A stretch of DNA of 64,000 bases from an uncultured Actinomycetota bacterium. Lineage in GTDB: Bacteria; Actinomycetota; Actinomycetes; Streptosporangiales; Streptosporangiaceae. The position numbers were made by a program, and so were the translations under genes. The notes beneath the pieces were generated by a model, which saw only the letters and a program-made list of their open reading frames with translations, made no database searches and had not been told where the DNA came from. Shown in pieces: positions 43,445 through 52,585 of this stretch (positions are counted from its first letter, which is position 1; each line of letters starts with the position of its first letter). The stretch spans positions 1,201,823 to 1,265,822 of the forward strand of contig CAWAPP010000007.1 of the NCBI GenBank assembly GCA_963783935.1, given 5' to 3'.

Positions 43445-43588
43445 TTACCTGGAGCCGTAGTTGAACAGCTGCTGGTTGACCGGGCTGTCGTTGGCTCCGG
43501 CCAGCGCACCGGTGACGGCGAAGGCGGCACCGAGGGCAAGCGCTGCGCCGGCAACGATGGCGATGATCATGAGCCAAAGCGATGACAC
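43445..43588 (-). CDS. small single-TM protein, DUF2613-like
   Basis: GTG 43588 lies 5 nt after GAGGAGGA. The product VSSLWLMIIAIVAGAALALGAAFAVTGALAGANDSPVNQQLFNYGSR has the TM plus ..YGxR tail typical of DUF2613. Confidence 0.6.
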   Translation of the reverse strand: MSSLWLMIIAIVAGAALALGAAFAVTGALAGANDSPVNQQLFNYGSR

Positions 43589-43674
43589 GCTGTCCTCCTC
43601 GACAAACCCCCTGAGCCTGTGCGCAACTGTAGTGAATAACACGCCACTCTTGCCAGATCGATACTAAATAGTAA

Positions 43675-45357
43675 CTAACGCGCGGTCAGCCGAAACACGA
43701 TCAGATCGCCGCTGGCGGTCAGGACCTGCGCGCCAGGAAGTCTGGCCAGGTCAGCGAGGCGATCTCGGGGTTGCCCGAGCAAGGGTCCCGCGTCAACGAT
43801 GACGTACCTGACCCCCGCCCTCAGCAGGACAGACGTCAGCGGGCGCCCGGAACCGGACGTGATCGCCGGTCCCAGGACCCGGGCCGCCGCGCTCTCGGCG
43901 GCCACCGTCGTGCTCCCGACCTGCAACGCGTCATTCCAGATCATCGCCCTGGACAGCAGCCGGGGCCACGGATCGAACACGGGCTCGCCGTGATTCCACG
44001 GATATCGCCGGTACTGGGCCCACGGCAGCAGCAGGACAGAGCCTGACTCGGTGGCCGAGTCGATGACCTTGCGCGCCGCCAGCCAGTCTCCCGGATACTC
44101 CACCGCCCGAAGCCGCCCGAACGCCCCCCACGCCAGCCCGGGCAGCAGCACCACCGGCGCGAGCAGCGCGAGCACCCCGACCAGGGCCGTCGCCCCCGCG
44201 AGCCCATCGGCCCGCGAGCGTTCAGCCGGGGCGGCAAGCACCCAGAGCACAGCGGCCCCGAGCCCGGCCGACTCAGCCAGCGCCAGCGGCGCGATGAACT
44301 GCTGCCCGTCCCTGAGCAGCGCGAACGCCGGCCAGAACGAGATCGCCGAGCGCAACAAGGCCAGCGTAGGCGCCCAGGTACCGACCGCCGCGACGCAGAA
44401 CCCAAGCAAGGCCGCCACCCCAAGCCCAGGGCACACCCGGCGCGACCGCGCGACCAGCACGTATCCGCCCAAGGCGACGAGCACCACCGCCAGCCACGCC
44501 ACGGACACAGCCACGCCGCCATACCCGGCAGGCACGGCCTGACCATTCCAGATCCCGCCCAGCATGACCAGGCTGCCGAGCGCCCCGAACGGAGTATCCG
44601 CCCGCGCCGCGAACGCGTTCGCTCCGTTCGGGTCGGCGTGCACCGCCACGAGCAGCGAAGGAATCACCCACGGCAAGCTCGCGACCAGCAGCACCGCGAG
44701 CGTGATGACGGCCCGCCTGAACCGCTCCGCCACCGGACCCCGGCCACAGAAGGCCACCGCAAGTGCCGCGATCGCCGTAATCGACATCGCCGCGAACCCG
44801 CCGATCGCCGCAGGCAAGATGGAGACCACGAGCCGCCAGACCCTGAGCTTCCCCGACTCCGACCAGCCCGCTAGCTCCCGCAGCACCCACGGCAGCCCGG
44901 CGTACCCGAGCAGCAGCGCCCACTGCCCCATGATCAGCCGCTCGGCGACGAACGGGTTCCACGCGTAGAACACCCCAGCGACCAGCCGGCCAACCACGAG
45001 CCGCCAGTCACCGCCCGGCGGCGACTTCCACCTAGCCGAAACCAAGGCCGCCGCTCCGGCACAGGCCGCCGCGAAGATTGCCAGCAAGATCAATTTTTCC
45101 GCAAATTCAGCGGGGACGACTCTCGCCAGCAGGGCAACGACAAGGTCGCTAGGCACCGCCCGAGCCGGCCCCCCGGTAACCCCGAGATCAGCGACGCCGA
45201 TCGGCGGCCGGGGCACGAACACCAGGTCGTACGACAAAACGAACCCGCGCCCAAGCCCCGGCCCAAGCGCCAGCAACCCAAGAACAAGCCCGGCCACGGC
45301 CGGAAGGATGTGGGAGATGCCCGCAGAGCCGGGGCGCGCCTTAAAGCGCGCCGGCAT
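43675..45357 (-). CDS. polytopic membrane protein of unknown function (possibly GT-C-like)
   Basis: More than 10 hydrophobic segments followed by a C-terminal soluble domain. Start set at MPARFKARPG (45357), so the G/C hairpin at 45358-45395 is intercistronic. Confidence 0.65.
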   Translation of the reverse strand: MPARFKARPGSAGISHILPAVAGLVLGLLALGPGLGRGFVLSYDLVFVPRPPIGVADLGVTGGPARAVPSDLVVALLARVVPAEFAEKLILLAIFAAACAGAAALVSARWKSPPGGDWRLVVGRLVAGVFYAWNPFVAERLIMGQWALLLGYAGLPWVLRELAGWSESGKLRVWRLVVSILPAAIGGFAAMSITAIAALAVAFCGRGPVAERFRRAVITLAVLLVASLPWVIPSLLVAVHADPNGANAFAARADTPFGALGSLVMLGGIWNGQAVPAGYGGVAVSVAWLAVVLVALGGYVLVARSRRVCPGLGVAALLGFCVAAVGTWAPTLALLRSAISFWPAFALLRDGQQFIAPLALAESAGLGAAVLWVLAAPAERSRADGLAGATALVGVLALLAPVVLLPGLAWGAFGRLRAVEYPGDWLAARKVIDSATESGSVLLLPWAQYRRYPWNHGEPVFDPWPRLLSRAMIWNDALQVGSTTVAAESAAARVLGPAITSGSGRPLTSVLLRAGVRYVIVDAGPLLGQPRDRLADLARLPGAQVLTASGDLIVFRLTAR

Positions 45358-45395
45358 CCGGGGGGTTCCGGGGGGTCGCCCCCCCGGGCCAACAC
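45358..45395. repeat. G6/C7 hairpin repeat CCGGGGGGTTCCGGGGGGTCGCCCCCCCGGGCCAACAC
   Basis: Near-identical 37-38-mer at 52179-52215. CCGGGGGG-TCG(C)-CCCCCCGG forms an all-G:C 8-bp stem. Fills the gap between two co-directional genes. Confidence 0.7.
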
Positions 45396-45398
45396 AGT

Positions 45399-46247
45399 TC
45401 ACGATTTACGGGCGTGGACGAGCAGGATCGACGATGCCGATGGCCAGTAGCAGAACAATCGGTCGGCCGGGCGCAGGATAGGCGGGACATCGTGGTACCG
45501 GGCGCCGGCTACGCGGACGCAAGAGAATCCGTACGCTTCGAGGAACTCGACCAGCGCTCGCTTGGTGAACATGTGCAGGTGCCCGGCGACCTGGCTGCCG
45601 GGCCGGCCGAAGACGCCGCGCAGGCTGACCTCGGAGAAGATGGGTTGGACGCCCAGGGCGAGCAGGCCGCGGTTGTACCAGGACGCGAGGTTGGGCGTCG
45701 AGAGCAGCAGCGATCCTCCCGGCTTGAGCACCCGGTGCGCCGCCTCGATCGCCGCGTCGGTATCCACGAGGTGCTCGATCACCTCGCTCATCACGACCAC
45801 GTCGACGGTGCCCGCCGCGAGCGGCAGGCTTGGTGCGTCAATGCTCGCCCTGACCACGGTGATCCCGCGATCCCCGGCGATCTTGAGCGAGGAGGCGGAC
45901 CAGTCGAGGCCGACGAAGCGATGCCCAGCATTGCGGTCGGCCGCGACCTTAGTGGCGAACCCGTCCCCGCAGCCCACGTCGACGATCAAGGCGGGCGCAG
46001 CTACGCCTCGGAGCAAGTCGGCAAGCATCGCCGCCTGCCGGTAAGCCCGGTCGGGCCCCGAACTCGCCGGAACGGCCGGGTCCTCGTAAAAGTCACGCAG
46101 CGCGTTGCCCGTGGTACCGCCGGGGATTGCGGGGCTCGCGGAACCCCTGAGGCTGGTGTCGTCCGTGGGATCTCCGGAGCTTACGGGGTCAGCGGGATTG
46201 CTGAGGCTGGTGTCGTCCGTGGAGCTGACGGCCGGGAGGCGCGGCAT
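45399..46247 (-). CDS. class I SAM-dependent methyltransferase
   Basis: Motif I LIVDVGCGDGFATKVAA. Start set at the MPRLPAVSS ATG (46247), which overlaps the upstream glycosyltransferase stop by 1 nt (TGATG). The longer listed ORF overlaps that gene. Confidence 0.8.
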   Translation of the reverse strand: MPRLPAVSSTDDTSLSNPADPVSSGDPTDDTSLRGSASPAIPGGTTGNALRDFYEDPAVPASSGPDRAYRQAAMLADLLRGVAAPALIVDVGCGDGFATKVAADRNAGHRFVGLDWSASSLKIAGDRGITVVRASIDAPSLPLAAGTVDVVVMSEVIEHLVDTDAAIEAAHRVLKPGGSLLLSTPNLASWYNRGLLALGVQPIFSEVSLRGVFGRPGSQVAGHLHMFTKRALVEFLEAYGFSCVRVAGARYHDVPPILRPADRLFCYWPSASSILLVHARKS

Positions 46248-47473
46248 CAGGCGGGCTCCGAGGGCGCGGGCGCGGCTGGGTCGGCGACCAGTTGCTCGGC
46301 CGGCACCGGAGACCGCGCGTAACCGGGAACCCGCGCCCTGGCTATCGCCTCGTCGGCGACGGCCGAGAAGCCTTCGACCGCGACCGACCAGTGCAGCCGC
46401 AGCGCCCGCTCCCGCGCCGCGTGCCCCATCGTCTGCCGTCGGCGCTCGTCGATGGCGAGGGTTGCCCACGCCGAGGCGAACTCGCCTTCGGTCCTGACGA
46501 GCAGGCCGGTCTCGTTGGGAACGACCGAGTCGCGCAGGCCAGGCACGCTGAACCCGATCGCGGGCGTGCCACGAACGGCGGCCTCGGCGACCACGATGCC
46601 CCAGCCTTCGATGCTCGCCGGGTGCAGCAGGATCCAGGCCGAGGAAAGCAGCCGGTGCTTTTCTCCCTCAGATACCCGCCCGGCAAAGACCACGTCGGGC
46701 CCGGCGAGCTGGGCCAGCCGGCTCCGCTCAGGCCCGTCGCCCGCGATCACGAGTTTCCCGCCCACCACGCTCCGCACCCGTTCCCAGAGCTTGAGCAGCA
46801 CGTCGATGCGCTTGTACTCGGCGAGCCGGCCGAGGGCGAGGAAGAGCGGCTCCGGCGAACGCGGCACTGGCGGCGGCGCCGGCTCGACGCCGTTGCAGAT
46901 CAGCCTGATCCGGTCCGCGTCAACGCCGATCTCGGTGAGCGCGCCGAACGTGGACGCGGAGACCGTGACGAACAAGTTCTTCCTGTGTGCCCACGGCATC
47001 ACCACCGACTCGGCCAGCCGTCCCGCGGCGGCCATCGGCTGCGGGAAGCGCAGCGGCCACAGTTCGGTGTGCACGTGATTAACCAGGCAGATGACTGGTC
47101 GCCTGGCCCAGAGCGGCGCGAGGTAAGGCATGCCGTTGCAGACCTCAACGATCAGGTCACTGTCGCGCAGGTGGCGCGAGTAGGCAAGCGGCGCCCGCAG
47201 GAACTGGCTATAAGTCCCGCCGCTGCGCCTGACGTCGTAATCCCGCTCGGCGATCGCGCCGCCGCAGAGGAGCGTGACCTGATCGCCTCGTGCGTGCAGA
47301 CCCTGCGCCAGGCGGTCGACGAGCAGCTCAGATCCGCCCGCGTTCCGGTTCGCGAGATCACGCCAGGCAACGAAAACTATTCGCCTCGGCTCCTTAGCCG
47401 CTCTGCTCTCGTCCGATTGACTCGCCGCCTTGTCAGGTTCCGACTTCAGGGTAGGCGCCTGATTGTGCTCCAT
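46247..47473 (-). CDS. glycosyltransferase family 4 (GT-B, GT1/GT4 type)
   Basis: C-terminal EGWGIVVAEAAVRGTPAIGFSVPGLRDSVVPNETGLLV (E-x7-E region). 408 aa. Confidence 0.85.
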   Translation of the reverse strand: MEHNQAPTLKSEPDKAASQSDESRAAKEPRRIVFVAWRDLANRNAGGSELLVDRLAQGLHARGDQVTLLCGGAIAERDYDVRRSGGTYSQFLRAPLAYSRHLRDSDLIVEVCNGMPYLAPLWARRPVICLVNHVHTELWPLRFPQPMAAAGRLAESVVMPWAHRKNLFVTVSASTFGALTEIGVDADRIRLICNGVEPAPPPVPRSPEPLFLALGRLAEYKRIDVLLKLWERVRSVVGGKLVIAGDGPERSRLAQLAGPDVVFAGRVSEGEKHRLLSSAWILLHPASIEGWGIVVAEAAVRGTPAIGFSVPGLRDSVVPNETGLLVRTEGEFASAWATLAIDERRRQTMGHAARERALRLHWSVAVEGFSAVADEAIARARVPGYARSPVPAEQLVADPAAPAPSEPA

Positions 47474-47531
47474 CCCGGACCTTGCGGCAATATTGTGGCG
47501 ATATTAGTAGATCGCGATAGGGAGTCGGTGC

Positions 47532-48242
47532 ATGTTGAGGTCTGTCCGGCTGTTCCGGCTGTTCCTCACTGAGCAGCAGGATCCCGACGGCTTCTACTCC
47601 GCGCTTGCCAGGGACGCAGCGGCGCAGCTCGGGAAGTTCGTCGCGATCGCCGGGCGGACCGTGCTCGACATCGGCGGCGGGGCCGGCTACGTCACCAGGG
47701 AATTCAGGTCCCAGGGGGCGAACTGCTACCTGCTCGAGGTCGACCAGTCTGAGTTGCTCAGCCGGGGCGACCCGCCGCCTGGCGCCATGCTCGCGGACGG
47801 CTTCTGGCTTCCGGTCAGGGACGGCGGTGCCGACGTGTGCGTCTCGTCGAACGTGCTCGAGCACGTCAGGGATCCGCACGGCCTGATCGAGGAGATGGTC
47901 CGGGCTACCAAGCCTGGCGGGCTGATCTACCTGTCCTTCACTAACTGGTTCTCGCCGTGGGGCGGACACGAGATGTCGCCCTGGCATTACCTCGGCGCGG
48001 ACCTCGCCGAGCGCCGGTATGTCAGCAAACACGGTAAACTTCCGAAAAATCGGGTCGGCAGCAGCCTGTTCCGCGTGCATATTGGCCAGATACTGAAGAT
48101 GATGCGAGATCGCTCCGATGTTCAGGTCGTGTCCGCCCGCCCGCGGTACTACCCGGCCTGGTGCCGGGTGCTGCTTTATGTGCCTGTCATCCGTGAGATC
48201 GCTACCTGGAATCTGCTGCTGATCTTGCGGAGGACTGATTGA
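47532..48242 (+). CDS. class I SAM-dependent methyltransferase
   Basis: Motif I VLDIGGGAGYVTREF, post-I ...LLEVD, and VCVSSNVLEHV. 4-nt overlap with the downstream gene. Confidence 0.85.
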   Translation: MLRSVRLFRLFLTEQQDPDGFYSALARDAAAQLGKFVAIAGRTVLDIGGGAGYVTREFRSQGANCYLLEVDQSELLSRGDPPPGAMLADGFWLPVRDGGADVCVSSNVLEHVRDPHGLIEEMVRATKPGGLIYLSFTNWFSPWGGHEMSPWHYLGADLAERRYVSKHGKLPKNRVGSSLFRVHIGQILKMMRDRSDVQVVSARPRYYPAWCRVLLYVPVIREIATWNLLLILRRTD

Positions 48243-51200
48243 CCATCGCGCGGGATCAGGTCCGCGACGAGGCTGAACTACCTGCGGCCAGCCCACCCGC
48301 GGATCGTCCGCGCTCCATCACCAGGTGGGTCGCGCTCGTCTGGCTGGTTGCCTTTCTTATCTTGCTCGCTAACGCTTCCGGGCACATATTCTTCGACACC
48401 AAGCTCGGCGTTGACATCGATCCGGCCAGTTTCCTCGCCCGCCTGTGGCAACTGTGGAATCCGTACGAATGGTTCGGCACGCTTCAGGATCAGTACATCG
48501 GCTACGCCTTTCCCATGGCGCCTTTTTACCTGGTCGCCGAGGCACTTAAATTCCCAGTCTGGATAACCGAGCGGCTCTGGCTGGCGACGCTCATCGCGGT
48601 CGGTTTCGCCGGTCTGCTCAAGCTGGGACGAGCGGTTGACCTCGGCACCGACCGGTCCCGAGTGGTCGCCGGGGTCGTATTCGTACTCTGGCCGACGTTC
48701 ACGATCGCGATCGGCTCCACCTCGGCCGGGCTCATCCCTGGCCTGCTAGCGCCGTGGGCCGTGCTGCCGCTCGTCCGGGGCGCCAAGACCGGTTCGGTGG
48801 TTCGCGCGGCGGCGCTGTCGGGGGTAGCCGTCCTGTGCATGGGCGGAGTCAACGCCACCTCCACGCTCGACGCCCTGATCCTGCCCGCGGCGTTCGTCGT
48901 CACCCAGACGCGCGGGCGCAGGCTGGTCATGCTGTCGCTGGCCTGGGTCGGTGCGGTCGGGCTCGCCACGATGTGGTGGGTCGGTCCGCTGCTGCTGCAG
49001 GCCAGGTACTCGTTCAACTTCCTGCCCTACATCGAGCAGTCGGCGACCACCACGGCCACCATGTCGGCGGCGACCTTCCTGCGCGGAGGCGGCAACTGGA
49101 CCGCCTACTTCAACCTGGGCCAGCCCTGGGTGAACGCCGGCTGGACGGACGTCACTAACCCGTTCTGCATCACGGCCGCAGCGATCGCGGCCGGGATCGG
49201 GCTGCTCGGGATTGCCCGCAGGGACCTGCGTTACCGGGGCTGGCTGAGGCTGGCCCTGGCGGCGGCCGCTCTCGTCGCGCTCGCCGGGTACCCGGGAGCG
49301 CTCGGCGGCCTGTTCCATCATCCGATCGACCAGTTGCTCAACGGCGTACTCGCCCCGCTGCGCAGCGTCTACAAGGTGGAGCCCGCGGTCGCCGCCGTGC
49401 TCGCACTCGGGGTCGCGCACGCGCTCGTGCTGAGGACCAGGCGGACCGCGATCATCTCTGATCCGGCGAACCGCACCCTCTGGCACCTGCTCGCCGCCCC
49501 GGTGATCGCGCTGGTCCTGCTCGGCCTCGCCTACCCGTACGTGACCGGCCAGGTACTCAATCCAGGCTCTTTCAAGTCCGTTCCCGGCTACTGGTACCAG
49601 GCGGCGGCGTTCATCAAGAAGCACTCGCCGAACGCTCCCGCCCTGGTCGTCCCGGCCGCCGCGCACGGCACGTTCCTGTGGGGCGAGTCGGAGGACGAGC
49701 CGCTTGAGCCGCTGGCAAGCTCGCCCTGGGTCACCCAGGGCCTGGTGCCCTACGGCGGCGCCGGCTCGCAGTTGCTGCTCACCTCGCTGGAAACGGCGGT
49801 CGACTCGGGCGAGGACGTGCCCGGCCTGGCCGCCACGCTGGCCCGCTCGGGCATCCGCTACGTGGTCGTGCGCAACGACCTGAACCCGAACGCGCTCGGC
49901 TACACCCCGCCGCAGACCGTGCACAACGCGCTGCGAAGCTCGGGATTCCGGCGGGTCGCCGTCTTCGGCCCCCTCGTCACCGGGGAGCAAACCGATCCCG
50001 GGGCAATCGAGATCCAGTACGCACTGCCGTCTTATCCGTCGGTAGAGATTTTCGCAGCCAAAGGTGCACAAGGAACTGCCGTACCCCCGCCGGCGCTGGC
50101 CCTCCCGGTCAGCCGCACGGTCCTGGTCAACGGCGGTCCCGACGCGATGCTCCAGCTCGTCGGCCAGGGACTGCTCAAGTCCGCGTCCCCGGCGGTCATC
50201 GCCGGCGACAAGCTGGTCACCGCCCCGGCGACCTGGGCGGTGACCGACTCGCTTGCCCGCGCCGATCACTCGTTCGGCCTCATCGATAACTCGCCGTCCT
50301 ACACCTACACCGCGAAGGAGACCAACCCGTCCGGCGACCCCCTTGGCGGCGCCGGCCAGCCGCCCAGGCAGCTCCTTCCGGTCAGCCCGGCCGGGCATCA
50401 GACCGTCGCGGTGCTGTCGGGCGCGGCCAGCGTGACGGCCTCGTCGTCTGGATCCTGGCTGGCGGAGACGCCGCAGATCGACCCGGTGAACGCCTTCGAC
50501 GCCAATCCAGGTACCTACTGGACCGAGGCGAGCCCGACGACGCCGGTCGGCCAGTGGATCCAGATCAACTTCAGCCAGCCGATCGTGCTGACCGGCCAGA
50601 TCGGCATCAAGCTGCTGATCGGTGATCGCCCCGTCGCCGACCAGCTCACGGTGCACACCGCCGCGGGCACTGTGACCAGCCACGTGCTGCCCGTCGGCAC
50701 GCTGCAGGCGCTGCCGGTCCCGGTCGGCGAGACCAGGATGCTGCGGGTCACGATCACCGGCGCCCGCGGGCAACTGCCCGGCGGCCCTGGCGCCGGAATC
50801 ACCGATATCAAGATCCCTGGCGTCACCGTGACCAGGTACTCGGCACCGGCGCAGAGCCCGGCCGGCCAGCGGGCCGCGCGGGTCGAGTTCTCCTTCAGCC
50901 GGGCGGTGCCCTCACCGGCCAGCCTGGCCGACGTGACCGCGTTCCCGCCCCTCGCCAGGCAGATCTTCACCAACTCGGCTGGCACCTACAAGTTCTCGGC
51001 CACCGCGATCGCGGTACCAGGCCAGAAGCTCGACGCGCTGCTCGCCCGGCTGACCCCGGCCCGCAAGTACGCGCTCGAGGTGACCGCGAGCTCCACCTGG
51101 GGCTCGCTGCCTGACCTGGCCCCGGTCCGGCTGTTCGAGAAGGGCAAGCAGCGCGGCTCGTGGATCGCCGGGGCCGGCCTGCCGGTGCTCCGCCTGAGCT

Positions 51201-52585
51201 GGCGGGGCAAGCGCACGATCCGCCGGCTGGTGATCCTGCCCGTCGCCGGCTTCGGTGCCGCGCCGGAATCGATCAAGATCACCAGCCCCGACGGCGTCAG
51301 GTTCGCCAGCATCGGGCTCGACGGGCTGACGACGCTGGTGCCGCCGCTGACCACGAACCGGATGAGCATCAGCTTCCCGGTCGTGCAGTACACCGTGGCC
51401 GGTTCTGAGTCGGCCTCGGGACAGTCGGCCCAGCTCCCGGTCGGCTTGTCGAAGCTGGCCATTCCCGCCTTGCACGGGCTGAGCCCGACCACGCTGTCCG
51501 GCTCGGCTACGTTCAGGCTCCGCTGCGGCAGCGGCCCGGCGATCACCGTCGACGGGCAGCGGATGCCGACTCGGATCGCAGGGACGGTCGGTGACCTGAC
51601 GAACTTCAGGCCACTGCGGGTCAGCCTGTGCTCCGCGGGCTCGGTACTGCCGCTTTCCCCCGGACAGCACCGGCTTCTGGCGTCAAGGCCCGCTCCTTTC
51701 ACGATCACGGGCCTCAGCCTGGTCAGCCAGCCGGCCCCGGCGCCCAGCCCGGCCGCCGGGGCCGGTCGGCCCATCAAGATCTTGTCCTGGCAGCCCGAAT
51801 ACAGGGAAATCAGGCTCGCGCCCGGCGCGGCTTCCTACGTCGAACTGCACCAGAACGCCAATCCCGGCTGGGTCGCCAGCCTGGACGGGCGGGCCCTCAC
51901 ACCGGTGACCCTGGACGGCTGGCAACAGGGATTCGTGGTGCCCGCAGGAAAAGGCGGCGTCATCGCGATGACCTTCGCGCCGGACAGGTTTTATCATCTC
52001 TGGATTATTATTTCCGCGATCGCGGCCCTAGCCCTGCTAGCAATCGCCCTGATTCGCCGGAGACTGTCGGCGCGCGGCGCCGTCTGGACTGAGGAGCGAG
52101 GAGCGAGGCACGAGCGAAGGAGCGAGGAGGGAAGACGGCGCAGTGAAGGGGGCAGGGGCGGTGGGCGGGGAGCCGACCCCGGGGGGTCCGGGGGGTCGCC
52201 CCCCCGGGTCAACACCTTCCTACAGTTCGCCGGGCTATGTCTGCTGATCGCCATACTCGGCCGCTACACCGTCTTCGCCGTCCCGGTGATCGCGCTGGCG
52301 GCCTGGCGGTGGCCGAACTGGTACGGCGCGATCGCGCTCGCTGCTGCCGTCGCGACCGGCCTGCTCACCGTACTCACCGGGTCGAGCGCGCCGAGCTCCT
52401 CCGGCGCTTTCGGCGCACCCGCTCAAGCTTGCGCGCTGATCGCGCTGGCCGTCGCCCTGATGCCGGTGCCGCCCGAGGTCAGGTGGGCGAGCTGGCTGAA
52501 CCGGCTGCCGCTCCTGCGCGAGATGCCGGGCAAGATGGCCGGCAGGCGGCGGAAGCCTGATGCGGAGGCGTCCAGTGACGGCTAG
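48239..52585 (+). CDS. aftD: alpha-(1->3)-arabinofuranosyltransferase AftD-like (DUF3367) giant membrane glycosyltransferase
   Basis: 1448 aa. N-terminal GT-C-like region (GHIFFDTKLGVDIDP..YIGYAFPMAPFY). Discoidin/F5-8-type-C-like segment (AFDANPGTYWTEASPTTPVGQWIQINF). C-terminal TM helices. Size and layout match mycobacterial AftD. Confidence 0.8.
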   Translation: MTIARDQVRDEAELPAASPPADRPRSITRWVALVWLVAFLILLANASGHIFFDTKLGVDIDPASFLARLWQLWNPYEWFGTLQDQYIGYAFPMAPFYLVAEALKFPVWITERLWLATLIAVGFAGLLKLGRAVDLGTDRSRVVAGVVFVLWPTFTIAIGSTSAGLIPGLLAPWAVLPLVRGAKTGSVVRAAALSGVAVLCMGGVNATSTLDALILPAAFVVTQTRGRRLVMLSLAWVGAVGLATMWWVGPLLLQARYSFNFLPYIEQSATTTATMSAATFLRGGGNWTAYFNLGQPWVNAGWTDVTNPFCITAAAIAAGIGLLGIARRDLRYRGWLRLALAAAALVALAGYPGALGGLFHHPIDQLLNGVLAPLRSVYKVEPAVAAVLALGVAHALVLRTRRTAIISDPANRTLWHLLAAPVIALVLLGLAYPYVTGQVLNPGSFKSVPGYWYQAAAFIKKHSPNAPALVVPAAAHGTFLWGESEDEPLEPLASSPWVTQGLVPYGGAGSQLLLTSLETAVDSGEDVPGLAATLARSGIRYVVVRNDLNPNALGYTPPQTVHNALRSSGFRRVAVFGPLVTGEQTDPGAIEIQYALPSYPSVEIFAAKGAQGTAVPPPALALPVSRTVLVNGGPDAMLQLVGQGLLKSASPAVIAGDKLVTAPATWAVTDSLARADHSFGLIDNSPSYTYTAKETNPSGDPLGGAGQPPRQLLPVSPAGHQTVAVLSGAASVTASSSGSWLAETPQIDPVNAFDANPGTYWTEASPTTPVGQWIQINFSQPIVLTGQIGIKLLIGDRPVADQLTVHTAAGTVTSHVLPVGTLQALPVPVGETRMLRVTITGARGQLPGGPGAGITDIKIPGVTVTRYSAPAQSPAGQRAARVEFSFSRAVPSPASLADVTAFPPLARQIFTNSAGTYKFSATAIAVPGQKLDALLARLTPARKYALEVTASSTWGSLPDLAPVRLFEKGKQRGSWIAGAGLPVLRLSWRGKRTIRRLVILPVAGFGAAPESIKITSPDGVRFASIGLDGLTTLVPPLTTNRMSISFPVVQYTVAGSESASGQSAQLPVGLSKLAIPALHGLSPTTLSGSATFRLRCGSGPAITVDGQRMPTRIAGTVGDLTNFRPLRVSLCSAGSVLPLSPGQHRLLASRPAPFTITGLSLVSQPAPAPSPAAGAGRPIKILSWQPEYREIRLAPGAASYVELHQNANPGWVASLDGRALTPVTLDGWQQGFVVPAGKGGVIAMTFAPDRFYHLWIIISAIAALALLAIALIRRRLSARGAVWTEERGARHERRSEEGRRRSEGGRGGGRGADPGGSGGSPPRVNTFLQFAGLCLLIAILGRYTVFAVPVIALAAWRWPNWYGAIALAAAVATGLLTVLTGSSAPSSSGAFGAPAQACALIALAVALMPVPPEVRWASWLNRLPLLREMPGKMAGRRRKPDAEASSDG
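52179..52215. repeat. G6/C7 hairpin repeat, second copy, inside the aftD-like CDS
   Basis: CCGGGGGGTCCGGGGGGTCGCCCCCCCGGGTCAACAC, translated in frame as ..DPGGSGGSPPRVNT.. at the end of a Glu/Arg/Gly low-complexity stretch. Confidence 0.7.

Noticed and set aside
47474-47531. AT-richer divergent intergenic region with small palindromes (CAATATTG, CGATATTAGTAGATCG) between the GT4 and methyltransferase genes
   Set aside because: It is probably a divergent promoter region, but I could not define convincing -35/-10 elements or a repeated operator, so no feature is called.
48746-50773. 675-aa minus-strand ORF
   Set aside because: It is antisense to the aftD-like gene, with junk composition (RRGR.., PGR.. 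runs). Shadow ORF.
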